Of a DNA stretch of 64,000 nt, positions 1-11,962 are shown piece by piece. The first letter of the stretch is position 1; each line of letters opens with the position of its first letter. Made by a program: the position numbers and the translations under genes. Source of the stretch: Adineta vaga (taxonomy: Eukaryota > Animalia > Rotifera); NCBI GenBank assembly GCA_021613535.1, contig CP075497.1, positions 7,254,001 to 7,318,000 on the forward strand. The letters are read 5' to 3'. The notes under the pieces were generated by a model that did no database searches, was not told the DNA's origin, and was given only the letters and a program-made list of their open reading frames with translations.

Positions 1-1781
1 AATAGATATATTTTAGTTTCTTTGTCTTCGCATTTCCAATTTATATCGTATAAAGATCGATGCGGATTATAACCAGATAAATAAGTTAAGTCAATTAACA
101 ATATCTTTTTTTACTATGTAAAAGGAATTTTCTTTTTCTCTCTCTCTCTCTCAAATAATATTTTTGTCTGCTTATACTTATCCATATTGATAGTATATAC
201 ATAGAGACATCCGTTGTAGAAGCGAAAGGAAAAGAAATCGATGACATAACTATGTGATTGCTAATTCTTTTTTTGATAAATTGTATTTTGAAGAAAAGAG
301 AAAAGAAAAAACTTGTCGGATCATATTTAAAAATGAGTCAGTAAAAAAAAATGATGATGTCATTTCGTCACTCTGGGGAGTCTTCGTATATTTGTGATGA
401 AATGATAAATGAAGATAGTTAATCCTAGTGTTTTGTTTCCATAATATCAGTTGATCTGTCAGCAAGAAGTCTTCATCACCTTTTCTATTTCTCTCCTAGA
501 ATAACCTTGTGAGTTTATCGTAATTGTCGACAAAGAAGAATATTATCATTGATGAATACAAGGATAATCGTTATCGTTTCTGTTCGAACAAAAAAAAAGT
601 CTAACCGAAGCCAGATGCTACCATATGTACTTATATACTTAGAAATAGATTGACAGAATAACGTTGGTCTCTCGAAAAAGAAATGCACTATTGATCATAC
701 GAAATTAATGTTTGAATAATTCTTTTTTTCTTTCAGAAATATTTTAATAGAAAAATTAATTCAATGGTTTTCTTACTTGTCTATTTGTACCGGATGATTT
801 TAATTAAATGATTCGAGGTTGTCGTTGTCTATTTGTATATGCTTCTGTTGGTAGTAGCGCGTGTGCTTAGTGCTACTAAGTTTTAACCTTTTGTCTTCCA
901 GACGAGTAAGCAGAAGAGAGGCAGAGAGAATGGTTGGTATCGAGACGAGAAGAGGAAAAGAAGACGAGCAAAGAAAAACGAGAGAAAAAGCATGGAATAT
1001 ACATAAGAATAAGGAAAAAGAGAAGGAAAGCTGAAAAACGCAATTTGCTAACCGGCCATTGATTTTTTTCTTCTCTTCTATGCCATCTCTTCTTGTCGCT
1101 ATTCTATCCTACATTGGCCTCCTGCTTTCATTGTTGATAGAATTGTTCATTATCTTCTTCGATAGAATATCTCTACAGGAGTAAATTACTAGGAAAGATC
1201 GATCTAGAAATACCAAAAACAAGAAACCATACAGTCTTTCCTTTATAATTTAATGTGTATTTGGCTCCAACTTATATTGCTTCAAGCATATTTTTATTAT
1301 CGTTCTTCTTTATTTTCCCATTAAGCTTTTGTGATTACAACAATGAACAAACTATATCATGATATTTACACGAAAAAAAAACTGAATCCGTATCGAAAAA
1401 TCACATTGGCATGTTTAATGTTTTTTTTTAAGACCATTGTTTGGAAAAATCGATCAGAACAAAAACTAATAATGGGATTTGCTCTTTTTATCTACATTCT
1501 AGAAGAATAGAATTGTATAACATTCATTTATTCTCTTCGGAACTTAGGCGAAACAATGAACGTTCTATTTCTCATTGCTCAAACGATCAATCATCTGTGC
1601 TTATTTGTTACCATAGAAAAATCAGACGTGTAGGCAGAAAATGTTTGTTATCCATTTATGGCTCGTTACATCCAACAGCAGTAACAGCTGCTTGCCATAT
1701 GATTAAAATGTATCATTAAAATATGAAGACAATAGAAAGAAGAGTCATTTCGTTTGTTAATACGAAAGTTTTTATTGTTCT

Positions 1782-2126
1782 TTATAAAGTCGTGTGACTT
1801 CTGACAACATCGACATTGATTGGTAAATCTCTTGATGATACTGATGCTGTCTTTGATCGTGTTGCCTTCGAAGCTTCAACTGTCCATGGATCATAATGAA
1901 TAACAATTGCAGAACGAGCTCGTTCTTCATAAATATTTCTTATATGTTGACGAAATTTAGATGTAGGAATAACTGTATCAGGTGCAATGAGAAATGTTTG
2001 TCGTAATAGATACTGATCACGAACATTTGCCTGTTCTCGTCGCCAACTTTGTAAAATATACGCAGGAGGTTCTTGTTCAAGTGTGTGTCGAATGGTTGTT
2101 TGAGAAATAACGGCTGCTCCAGACAT
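1782..2126 (-). CDS. Single-exon orphan protein, 114 aa
   Basis: ATG-started ORF with balanced, protein-like composition and higher GC than its flanks; no recognisable domain. Confidence 0.5.
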   Translation of the reverse strand: MSGAAVISQTTIRHTLEQEPPAYILQSWRREQANVRDQYLLRQTFLIAPDTVIPTSKFRQHIRNIYEERARSAIVIHYDPWTVEASKATRSKTASVSSRDLPINVDVVRSHTTL

Positions 2127-3467
2127 ATGAAATTAATGTTTGGAAGTATTTGAGATGACTTTTTTTTTATTTGAATAACATGAGAATGATTTTATTTACA
2201 TAGAATACAAAGAAAAAAAAGGAAAAAGAAAAAGATTTTTCACAACTATTTTTTCTTGCTTTTGTTAACAGACGAAAGTTCAAATTGAATTAAATATGAT
2301 CATCAAACCATAGGAAAGCAAAGAACAAGTCTATTTTTATCAAACAATACTAACAATCATTACATGTATCAAAGATTCTTTTCAGGTTTTTTTTTCAAAA
2401 TTACATCGAAGAAGAATTTAATTATATAGTCATTCACTTATGAATATGCAGATCAAAACATTCCCGCGTGGGAGAAATTGAATTATTCGGAGATGATTGA
2501 AATTCATTTCTTATTGCTGTAAGATTTCCGAACTCGTTCGAAAAGTGCATCGATTTTTTTTCTTATCAGTTCATTGAGAATATGTAAACGTTAAGGTCAA
2601 TATTATCTCTCTGTAAACACATGATTATTGTTCTTTTATTTACATAGCATAATCGTAACATGAACAAAAGAATTATTCCAAATAATTGTTTTCACATTAT
2701 TACAAGAATGTGTCTTGAAAATCTTCAATAAATATACAAATAAGTGTTGAAAGAAAAATACCAGATTAATTATAGTACTAGTACAAATTTATGTCTTAGA
2801 GACGCAGATGGTACGACATAAATAACGTCATACAATAGAGAGGGTATATGATACTATTACGAAGAATATGGTTTGAGTAAGGAGAAAAAAAGAAAGAAAC
2901 ATATTGCATGATTCAACGTAATTTATTTCGTGCAATAGAATATATTATATGTTTTCTTTGGGAAAAATTAATGTCGTTAATGGAATTTTCAAGACCAAGA
3001 AACATTTAAGTAGCATTCGATGGAACAAAGATCGTTGAAAGTACTCTTGATCAATAAATTAATGATACTAGTCTAGCAGAAAATATTCTTAGAATTTTAT
3101 TTGTTATTACAATTTTGCAGATGAATAGATATTATCATTGAAGGTTATATTCTGCTTTACTAAGCAAAAATTATTCATCATTACAATATAGTTAGAATTA
3201 GCAAAAATTATACGATTCAACGAGAAAAATTCGTCGATAATTATCATTACTTTCAATTAATTGAAATGTTTCCGTTGAACTTTGCACAAAGTTCTTTCTT
3301 CCTACTAATCATTCTCATTAAAATAGATTTTAAGACATTTTATTGCACAAAAATTAAACTTTGACAGAATGAAACAAGTCATGTGATTATTTTTTTAAAA
3401 AAATACTTTCATGCCGAATATATATATATACATATACAAATGAAAAGACGGAGAGTTTCGTACATAT

Positions 3468-5110
3468 TTATCGTGTAAATGTTGATAGATGATGAACGAT
3501 ATTGTGTAATAAGTTTTGCATTGATATACGATCAATTAAATGTTGAAAGAAAAGTTTTTCGATAGAAATTTCTTTCATTTTTTCAGGAAGATTGGAAAGT
3601 AATACAAGAAGTTCAGCTATACGACGATATTTGAAATCTCTTGTGTAATCAGTTAACATAACTAATGCATCATTTCGATATTTATCAATTAAAAATTGAT
3701 CATGAAGTTGATTATCTGATGCTAAATTACAATTGAAATGATTTATTACAATTAATATGACGATACTTACAATTTGTGAATATAAGAATTAATTTTACAA
3801 GTGCATATTCTTTTTGATCAAGAGAATGATGAATTAATTCTTTAATAATTGATTGAAATGAAATATATTGATTTTCTTCATCAATTGAATCAATATCGTC
3901 TAAAATAAAATAAAACAAAAAAGAAAAGAAATAATTTTATTAGATTTAAAACTTAATTCTATACTTTGTTCAAGAAATTTCTTCATTTCAGCTGATGTTA
4001 AAACAAATAATATTGGCCAGGATTGTTCAATTAATAACCATTGATCGTATTTATTTAATTCTTTAAATGATGGTACAGAATAAATCCAACGTATTGATTC
4101 AAGTAAAACATATGAAGCAGTTTCACATAGAATTTTCGATAGATTTTCTTCGAATGAAAGATGTGTTTCATCATTATTTGATATATCAGATGATGTACTA
4201 CATTTGGATATATTGAAAGATTGTTGTGGAAGATACATTTGAGATTTTGACCAAATTGGTGATGATGTACTAGAATAAGAATTTCGATAAGAAGATGTGT
4301 TTTTTTTCTTCAAAGTTGTACAGAAAATTTCGATAAATTTACTCACGTTATATAAAAAGAAAAGAAAGGAGAAGGTTAACTTACTTATTCATTGGTAAAT
4401 TTCGCAAATCGAATGGCATGGTCACTTGTGGTGACTTGGCTACATACCCGACAGTTGGTGGTGTCCAACATTGTGTTCGCGGAAGTGATGTAGTAGTTGT
4501 TAGTACTCGTTTTGATATAAGACGTGGTGCTCGTTCATTTTGTACAGCTAGAAGAAAAAGACTAGTATAAGCACGTCTTTCATTACTATTAAAGACACTT
4601 GAAAAGTGAAAGCTTTTTTGTTAAGTATAATGAAAAGTAAATAAGGTTTCATTTGCAGATGTAAATAATTCTCACCATTAGGTTTCATTTTGACAGCTAA
4701 ACAACGTTGAAATCGACATGCTTGACATTGATTTCGGCGATTGACATCGACTTGACATGTGGAATCACCTTTACATTTATATTCAATTCGACGACTAAAA
4801 TAATTTTTAATGTAAGAAAACAATAAATTTATTGTTTTGTTTTTCTTTTACCGAACACTTCGTTTGAAAAATCCACGACAACCATCACAACTCATAACTC
4901 CATAATGTTTACCACTCGCTTTGTCTCCACATACTGAACACAAAGATATGTGACGTCGATTTGTTGGAACCATACGAACAGGTGATGATGATGCCATCAA
5001 TGAAGTTACGTTATCTAAATTCAAAAAAAGAAACATCGAATAGAAGACGTTGATCTACAGCAGGATATCATTAATTGGCCTAATTGAAGTGGCATAAACC
5101 TTATTGTCAT
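3468..5110 (-). CDS. Nuclear receptor, NR2E subfamily (TLX/PNR-related; P-box resembles NR2E6), multi-exon
   Basis: Two C4 zinc fingers ([30 protein letters not shown]; [19 protein letters not shown]), T-box AVQNERAPR at 4525-4548, LBD signature (W..SVPSFKEL...DQ.LL....W..LF) and C-terminal LFF..LI...LL. Start codon (5110 or 5095) is approximate. Confidence 0.9.
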
Positions 5111-5730
5111 CATTCGATTATGTTCTCATAAAGTGGGAAATACTTTCAATTACAGAAATGACACCTGCTGATCGATATAAATTCGCTTTAATGTTTCGTC
5201 TCTTTCGAATACCGCATTATTTCACAGCTTTTATTGAGTTACATCATCATGTTAAATCTCGTCGAAACGATTCTATTAGCAGCTCAACTTTTTCTGAGCA
5301 AGCTGAGAAATGTACAACAAAATTTGTTTGATCCTTATGAAGTCAAGTGAAGATGATCCGTTCACTTAAAAAAAGAAAACATCTATATTCGGTGTCTTAA
5401 TGCGATCTTTCAACAACAATTATGTCACTTTTAAAACAGAATGGAAGAATAATTATTTTGATATGTAATGTACACGCGCGTGTTTATCGAAACAAAAATT
5501 GTTTTTATAAATGCTTCTCGTTTTATTCGCAATGCGACACAACAACTGTGTCATCGTGTGATAAGATTTTACGTTTTGCGTGCGAAATTCGTCACTCGAA
5601 TACATTCCTTAACTCATTCCTTTATGTTACGCTTCGGTAAATAGTGAGAAAAGATAGCAACACTGATAAATATGCCAATGAAATAAAAGGATCATATGAC
5701 TATCTCTTATTCTTATTCAAAAGTCTTAAA

Positions 5731-6149
5731 CTATGAATTTGCTCCAAAAAGATTCTTATTCGAAAAGCTACTTATGATATACAAGAATTCTTCTCTAATG
5801 TTATCAGTATCTTTTGAAAAATAAAATGAATGACAAACCATTTTATACTTACACATTCTTTTTAATAAGAAGAAATGATCGGCATGCAAAAGTAGATTAT
5901 CGAATGTATTCGTCAATAAAGCAAAGTGAACGCGTAATTGACTATGTGCCTTATGAACAGCAAATAGAGAGAGAGAGAGAAGAGAAGGAAAAAGAAGAGA
6001 AGTTGTTCAAATATGCAATTGAAAATAAATATTTGAACCAATCGATAGAAAGATGATAGATAGAATAATTCGAGATTATCATCCAATAAAAATGTATCAT
6101 TCGTTACATCAATTAAAAGCTCCAAGTAGTTTTCCACAGAAGATTTCAT
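5731..6149 (-). CDS. Cryptic 3-exon orphan gene, ~95 aa (exons 6149-6039, 5949-5853, 5810-5731)
   Basis: GT-AG introns of 89 and 42 nt join ORF fragments in phase (MKSSVENYLE...FYRL/AHSQLRVHF...KRM/YTDNIREEF...GANS*). Confidence 0.5.
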
Positions 6150-6250
6150 TATTTCGTACGATGTTTATCTATGATATGGAAAGTAGCGCTAGAAACGAAC
6201 AAATTGAAAGAAAACAAAAGAAATATCGATGATTCAGAATTCAAAACATC

Positions 6251-8521
6251 ATGTATGAAAACGAAAACGAATGTATACCAATCTGTCGACGGTATGATTT
6301 TAATAGTAAATAACAAAAAACTTAATGTAAAAACTTAATTTCATAGTTCATTAATTAATCGAAGAACAAATCATTTTGGTTCCGATCATGAAACATCTCC
6401 AAATAATGATCGTCGTCAATCTCGTTTACTTTTGAATGCTTCTATTAGTACTGATAGTGGCGTCGATGAAAATATTCAAACGTCTGTACAATTAATTGCA
6501 CTCTATGAAAAAACGATTGAATTAGCATCAAAAAATAAAATCAATGCAAAAAATGCTTTTCATTTTCCGCTTGTAGAACGATTACCCGAAATCCTAGATC
6601 TGATTGCTTTCGATGATAAAGATGATTCTCTTAACGAACCTCATCATTATCAAGAACCGAATTTTGTTAAAGCTGGTTCAGTAATCGATACGAGGTAAAC
6701 AGAAAGATTTTTTTTAAAAACAACATTAAAAACATATTCTCTAGTGCAAAAATATACGGTTATCGTGTTGATGCTCTTCATATTGAAACACAAAAATTAA
6801 ATGGAACTATTCAACAGCAAGATGATGATGATGATGATGACGACGACGAACAAGTACAATTAGATATTATCAAATCTGATCGGATAGAAACAACGAAAAA
6901 GTTATCACAACGAAGTAAATCAAAAGCTAGTTCCTATCTAACAACAGATTTATCAACAATATCTCTTACTTATAAATTTGATTTTCATCCCTTTCAACCA
7001 TCGAATATGTGTCAATGGCCAGGTGGTATAGGTGATGATTCCATATATGCTGACATGGTTTCATATACGATGTATTCATCCAGTGATTATGCTCTGATCA
7101 ATGGTTTCATTAATCTAAATAGTCAAATTAATAAAGAATATGATGACAATGAAAGAATACTTGATATATCTATGAAAACAATCTATGATCTAATTCCATT
7201 AAGAGAAGTTATTCAAGATCATGAAGAACATGATCATGTACTTGGTAATTATAAAAAGATTTTTCAATGAATTTATTTATCTTAATATGTATTAGGATGT
7301 CAAACATTACGAGAATTTTCTTTTAATGAAGATATAACAGAATCATATGTTGAAACTATTGATGAATGTTCAGTTTTGGATAGTTCATTGATGGATTTTG
7401 ACAATGTTCAAGAAACAATGAATGAAATTTGTAATAATGACCTAAGTGAAATACGTGACGATCCATCACAATTCTATTTTCAAGAATTACAATCAGCATA
7501 TGTAAATGAAACTACTTTTTATAATTTAAAACTTTGTTGATATCTATTAAAAGACTTTTCCAACAACAATGGTATCAGTTGATGTAACATTAATGCATAG
7601 TAAAATGTCTTTTGCAGATCATATTCCTCATTTACTTCGTGATGCGGTAAAATTACACATCTGGACTTCTTTTTTTGAAATTATTTTCTTATCTTGTAGA
7701 ATGATTCATCCGACTACAGTTACTTTGATTCTTCGAAATTGAAACTATTTGCTGGACCTTATCTCTGGAAATATACAAATCTTTTACCCGATACAATCAA
7801 ATCAACAAGATCCTTTCCTGAACAACAAATATCAAAGTTTCGTGCTCGTATTCGTTCAACACATCGTTTTAAATTAGATCTAACTAATGAAGAACAGTAT
7901 CAAACATTGAATGACATGATGTTATCGAATTCATGGACTAGAAAATCGTCTAAACGACAAAAAAGAAAAATTCTCTCCAAAACACTTTGTAAATCTCATC
8001 AACTAAAATTATCCAGAAAATTACGTCCGATAATAGATCTATCATCTTTTAATTATTTTCCTGATTTAAATTCACAAATATTTTCTCTTCCTGACGAATT
8101 ATATCCGATAAATGACGAGGATAATTATCATTTCGATCTATCTAATCATGATGATCCATTACCTGAACAAATTCACTACGAATTCATTCGTCCTGTTCAT
8201 TATGATAAAATTGAATTTGATAAAAATTTTGCTAAAATCGATGCAAAAAAACTTCAAATTCAACTTTATGATGAATACAATTTTCAGTATACAAACACGC
8301 CAAATCCAATCTCATTCTCCACTTTATGTATTAATTTAATCGATCAACAAATGATTTCCTACGAGAAAGATCAAATTGTCTCTGCATTTTATTGTATGTT
8401 GAATAATTGTAATAAAAATCAGTTATACATGAAGAATAATTTTCAACGTGATGATCTTATTATACAAAAACAACCATTTATTGATTCATCACAATTAACT
8501 TATTCACAATCGATCATTTAA
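6251..8521 (+). CDS. NCAPH: Condensin I kleisin subunit CAP-H/Barren (Cnd2 family), multi-exon
   Basis: Motifs KINAKNAF, NFVKAGSVIDTSAKIYGYRVDALH, YSYFD..LKLFAGP.LWKY, FAKIDAKKL, SAFYCMLNNCN..L...DDLII; first exon 6251-6291 splices in frame to 6347. Confidence 0.9.
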
Positions 8522-8745
8522 ATCTTCTTTTTCTTCTTTTTTCGTATAGAAAATAAATAGCTATTGCCGAATATTTAGTGCTTTCCTTACTTTCATTGTT
8601 TATTGCACTACGATATATTATTATCTGTATTTCACAATTGATAAAAGAGAAAAAAGAAAAACATGATTGTATAAATTATAGTGTCAAACACCGAACTAAT
8701 AAAAAGAAATACTATTATAATATGAAAGAGAGTCCATCACCAAAA

Positions 8746-9516
8746 TTACTTATAAGCAAGTAAAAGTTGTAGGCCATCTGTTGATTTTATTTTTTCAACT
8801 GATCGAAAACCAATTTGTTTGAGATATTTTTTTGAATAGATTTCTTTCGGATTTTCTTCTTCTTTTGTTGTTATGATCATATTTAAGAAGATATTCAATG
8901 TTAATGTTACTTCATCATCTTCATCTGTTGGAACAATAAGAATCAGAAGACTAGGTTTCATTGATGGTAAAATCTCATATGCTTGTTTGATTTTATCTTT
9001 TAAACAACCTTCTTGTCTCCAAATAATCATAACATCAATATTTTCATCAAATGAATCCAAAGATATCTTCGAATAAGTTGTTAAATCAATTAATTGCTTA
9101 ATACGTAATAACATTATTAAATGAATGGAATCTTTTAATGAATTCTTCAAAACAGTCCCATTGAATTGAGGCATTTTATCATAAAATTCTTGATCGAGAT
9201 TCGTTAAAAGTTTGCAATTTGGAAGAAAGAGATTTCGTGTAAAATTTGTTAATTTATACACAAAATTTTCTTTATCATATTCTAAAAATTTGATCGATTT
9301 TAAACAATCTAATACATCTTGTAAACATCGTGATTCATTTTCTATGTAATGTAATTTCAATCGTTGAGCAATTTGTGAACAAGTTAAAGCCGAATTTGTT
9401 GGTAAAAGTAGATCAAAGATTCGTAATTCTAATGAAGTAAATATGACACGTGAACGTATGAAACTTTGTGCTATTTCAAAGAGATATTGTTCACTATCAT
9501 AGATCGATAATGTCAT
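8746..9516 (-). CDS. O-methyltransferase-like protein (dimerisation domain plus degenerate methyltransferase domain), single exon
   Basis: N-terminal SRVIFTSLELRIFDLL...IAQRL matches the class II OMT/ASMT dimerisation region; C-terminal QAYEILP...LNM...GF..VE...AYK matches the OMT C-terminus; no DxGGGxG motif. Confidence 0.75.
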   Translation of the reverse strand: MTLSIYDSEQYLFEIAQSFIRSRVIFTSLELRIFDLLLPTNSALTCSQIAQRLKLHYIENESRCLQDVLDCLKSIKFLEYDKENFVYKLTNFTRNLFLPNCKLLTNLDQEFYDKMPQFNGTVLKNSLKDSIHLIMLLRIKQLIDLTTYSKISLDSFDENIDVMIIWRQEGCLKDKIKQAYEILPSMKPSLLILIVPTDEDDEVTLTLNIFLNMIITTKEEENPKEIYSKKYLKQIGFRSVEKIKSTDGLQLLLAYK

Positions 9517-9594
9517 CTAGAAAAAAAAACAACAACAAAATATGAAGAATTGAATTTCGATTTTGTACAGAAATGAGAAGAAAAGAAAAAGAAA

Positions 9595-10357
9595 TTAACG
9601 AGCAAAATTCTTTGTCCATAAACGAGCCATGCGATCATAATCAGTACGTTCATGTTTGTATTGTAAACCTAATTCTTTCATTGCACAATGATCTAAACGA
9701 GAAAAAGTTTTATATGATTAATATATTCTTTTGTGAAGAAAATGTTCTCATATGTACGATAGAATGAAATGTGAAACAGATTTTGCTCCACTTAGATACT
9801 AACCAGGTTCACATTGAACAAGTAAATTCGAGACTTTCTGAATAATTTGTCGAATTGTTACTGTTGGCGACCAGTTTTTATCGAATATATCATGTTTTAC
9901 TAATCCCGTACTTTGATAAATATTACAATGATATATTCTTGTTTTGAATTCGAGCTAAAATTAAATAGAATTTGTCGAAAAATAAATTTCAAATAGATTT
10001 TTCTTTACGGTAGGTGGTGTAAATGGATAATCATCATCGAATGTAAGCAAAGCGAAAAATGTACCGCCTTCATAAAGAGAATCAGGTTCTCCTTCGAATA
10101 CAACAAGCCATTGTTTAAGACTATCAGCAGTTGGACCAGCACTGAAAGAAAAAGAATCGAATATGACTAAAATGAATACAAAAAAAAACAAATCGATGAT
10201 ATAGACCAAGTAAATTTTACTGGATTTTGTTGAAGATCGAGACATTCACGTCGAAGTCTAAGCAACGAGAAGAGAATGATCAAAATATGATGAAAGAAAA
10301 ATAGAAAAATAAGTACCGATTGATAAATGTAGGATTTGAAGACGAAGTTGATGTCAT
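9595..10357 (-). CDS. UBE2D/E-like ubiquitin-conjugating enzyme variant with catalytic Cys replaced by Lys, 5 exons
   Basis: Spliced product: RLRRECLDL..NPVKFTCAGP...W...EGEPDSLYEGGTF...DYPFTPP/LEFKTRIYHCNIYQSTGLVKHDIFDKNWSPTVTI...YDRMARLWTKNFAR*. Confidence 0.88.
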
Positions 10358-10563
10358 TTTTGACAACTTTCATCAATATTCGTACTCAATACAATGCAAG
10401 GGCATACACAATAGACAGCTGTTTGCTTTTTTTCTATTGGTTAATGTCACCCATTGAATTATATAAAAATAGAGGCTAACGAATGTACGTATTGGATAAT
10501 ATCGATTCATTGAACTGATAGACAGACACAGACATATTTGAAATTTATTCATACATGTAAATC

Positions 10564-11479
10564 ATGTCTTCGTCAAATAGTAGTAACGAACATCTTGTAA
10601 GTTATACAGAAACTCTTACTTTTGTCGTAAAAATTTATAATTTTCTTTTGAAGAATCAAAATCTTGAAGCAAAACGTCGTCGAAACCTCGAAGATAATCG
10701 TCGTTTTCTTGCTGCATTGAAAATCAATGATGTAAGTCATTAATTCGATTACTTTCCAGACAATCCATTACAAAACTAATGTTGATAAGCTGAAACAGTT
10801 TCTTTCGAAGTATAAATCGAATAAAAACTAACCATCTGTCATATCCATCTATTAATATATACAGAAAAAAGAGTGTAACAGATGTTTGAATAACGATATT
10901 TAAAAACAAAACAGTTATTTATAACTCAAAAAATCTACTTTTCTAAAATTGAATTTAGATTTGTGATGATATTAAACAAATAAGGGTCGATACTGATCAT
11001 GTAGATGATGAAATAATCAATGCAGTAGGACGACGGGCAATGAAAAAGTAAGTCAATTTTGTATGTATTTTCATTCTATTGGATGTTCGTTATTGAAGAG
11101 AAATATCATCAGATACTATTCGTCGAAGTTCAAGAATTCGACAGAATATTGTTGAAAATGAAAATATTCCACCTACAGAACACAAATCAAAGAAGAAGAT
11201 AACAAAGAAAACAGATGAAAATCAAATACATGCTGTACCAAAAGTCAAATTAGTAATTGAAAGATGAATTATATATTTTGTAATTTTATTTTCTAAATTG
11301 TATTTTTTAGCAATTACCTGAACATATGTTAATACGATATCATTCAACGGGAAAAAAGGTTGCACTACATAATACCAAGGTAAATGGTTGTATATTATCT
11401 TAGTATAGTTTTGATTTCTTTTCTCCTATATATTTAGGCTAAGTTTGGTGATGATGATAATGAAAATCTATTGATGTAA
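10564..11479 (+). CDS. Small basic protein with EAKRRRNLEDNRRFLAALKI and RRSSRI motifs, ~6 exons (absent from ORF track)
   Basis: Consistent in-phase GT-AG splicing; the N-terminal helix resembles the 'E..R..NI..N...L..L' motif of WDR76/Cmr1- and CDCA7-type nuclear proteins. Confidence 0.65.
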
Positions 11480-11599
11480 TCAAAAAAATAAATTTATTAT
11501 TTTCTGTTTTTGTTAATGTTTCATAGATCTGAATGATGAAAATATTTTTTTTGTATCTCCTATATATAGTCTTGACTCAATTTCTAGATAAATACTGAA

Positions 11600-11962
11600 A
11601 TGTCGTCGAACAATGCTGAAGACCAATCTGTTGATAATAGTAACGATGAAAAATCTCAAGAACAAAATGATTCATCCAATGATGACAATAAATCATCGGA
11701 TGATAATAGTGAATCTGGTGACAAACAAGATGCGTCTGAAAAAGATAAATCTAATGATAACAATGCATCTGAACAAAATCAAGAGGCATCTGATGATAAG
11801 AAGGATTCTCAAGAAGAGAAAGATGAACAAGATCAATCGAAGAAAAGTGCATCATCTGGTGGACATATGTCAACTGGACCTGAAAAATTTGTTGACGTAG
11901 GTGGTTCAGGTGGAGCAACAGTACAAAAAGCTCACGGTTATGAATCAATGGTTCATCATTGA
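11600..11962 (+). CDS. Acidic, hydrophilic low-complexity protein, 120 aa
   Basis: D/N/S/E/K/Q-rich first ~85 aa with DASE-like repeats, then a Gly-rich tail (GPEKFVDVGGSGG..HGYESMVHH). Confidence 0.7.
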   Translation: MSSNNAEDQSVDNSNDEKSQEQNDSSNDDNKSSDDNSESGDKQDASEKDKSNDNNASEQNQEASDDKKDSQEEKDEQDQSKKSASSGGHMSTGPEKFVDVGGSGGATVQKAHGYESMVHH

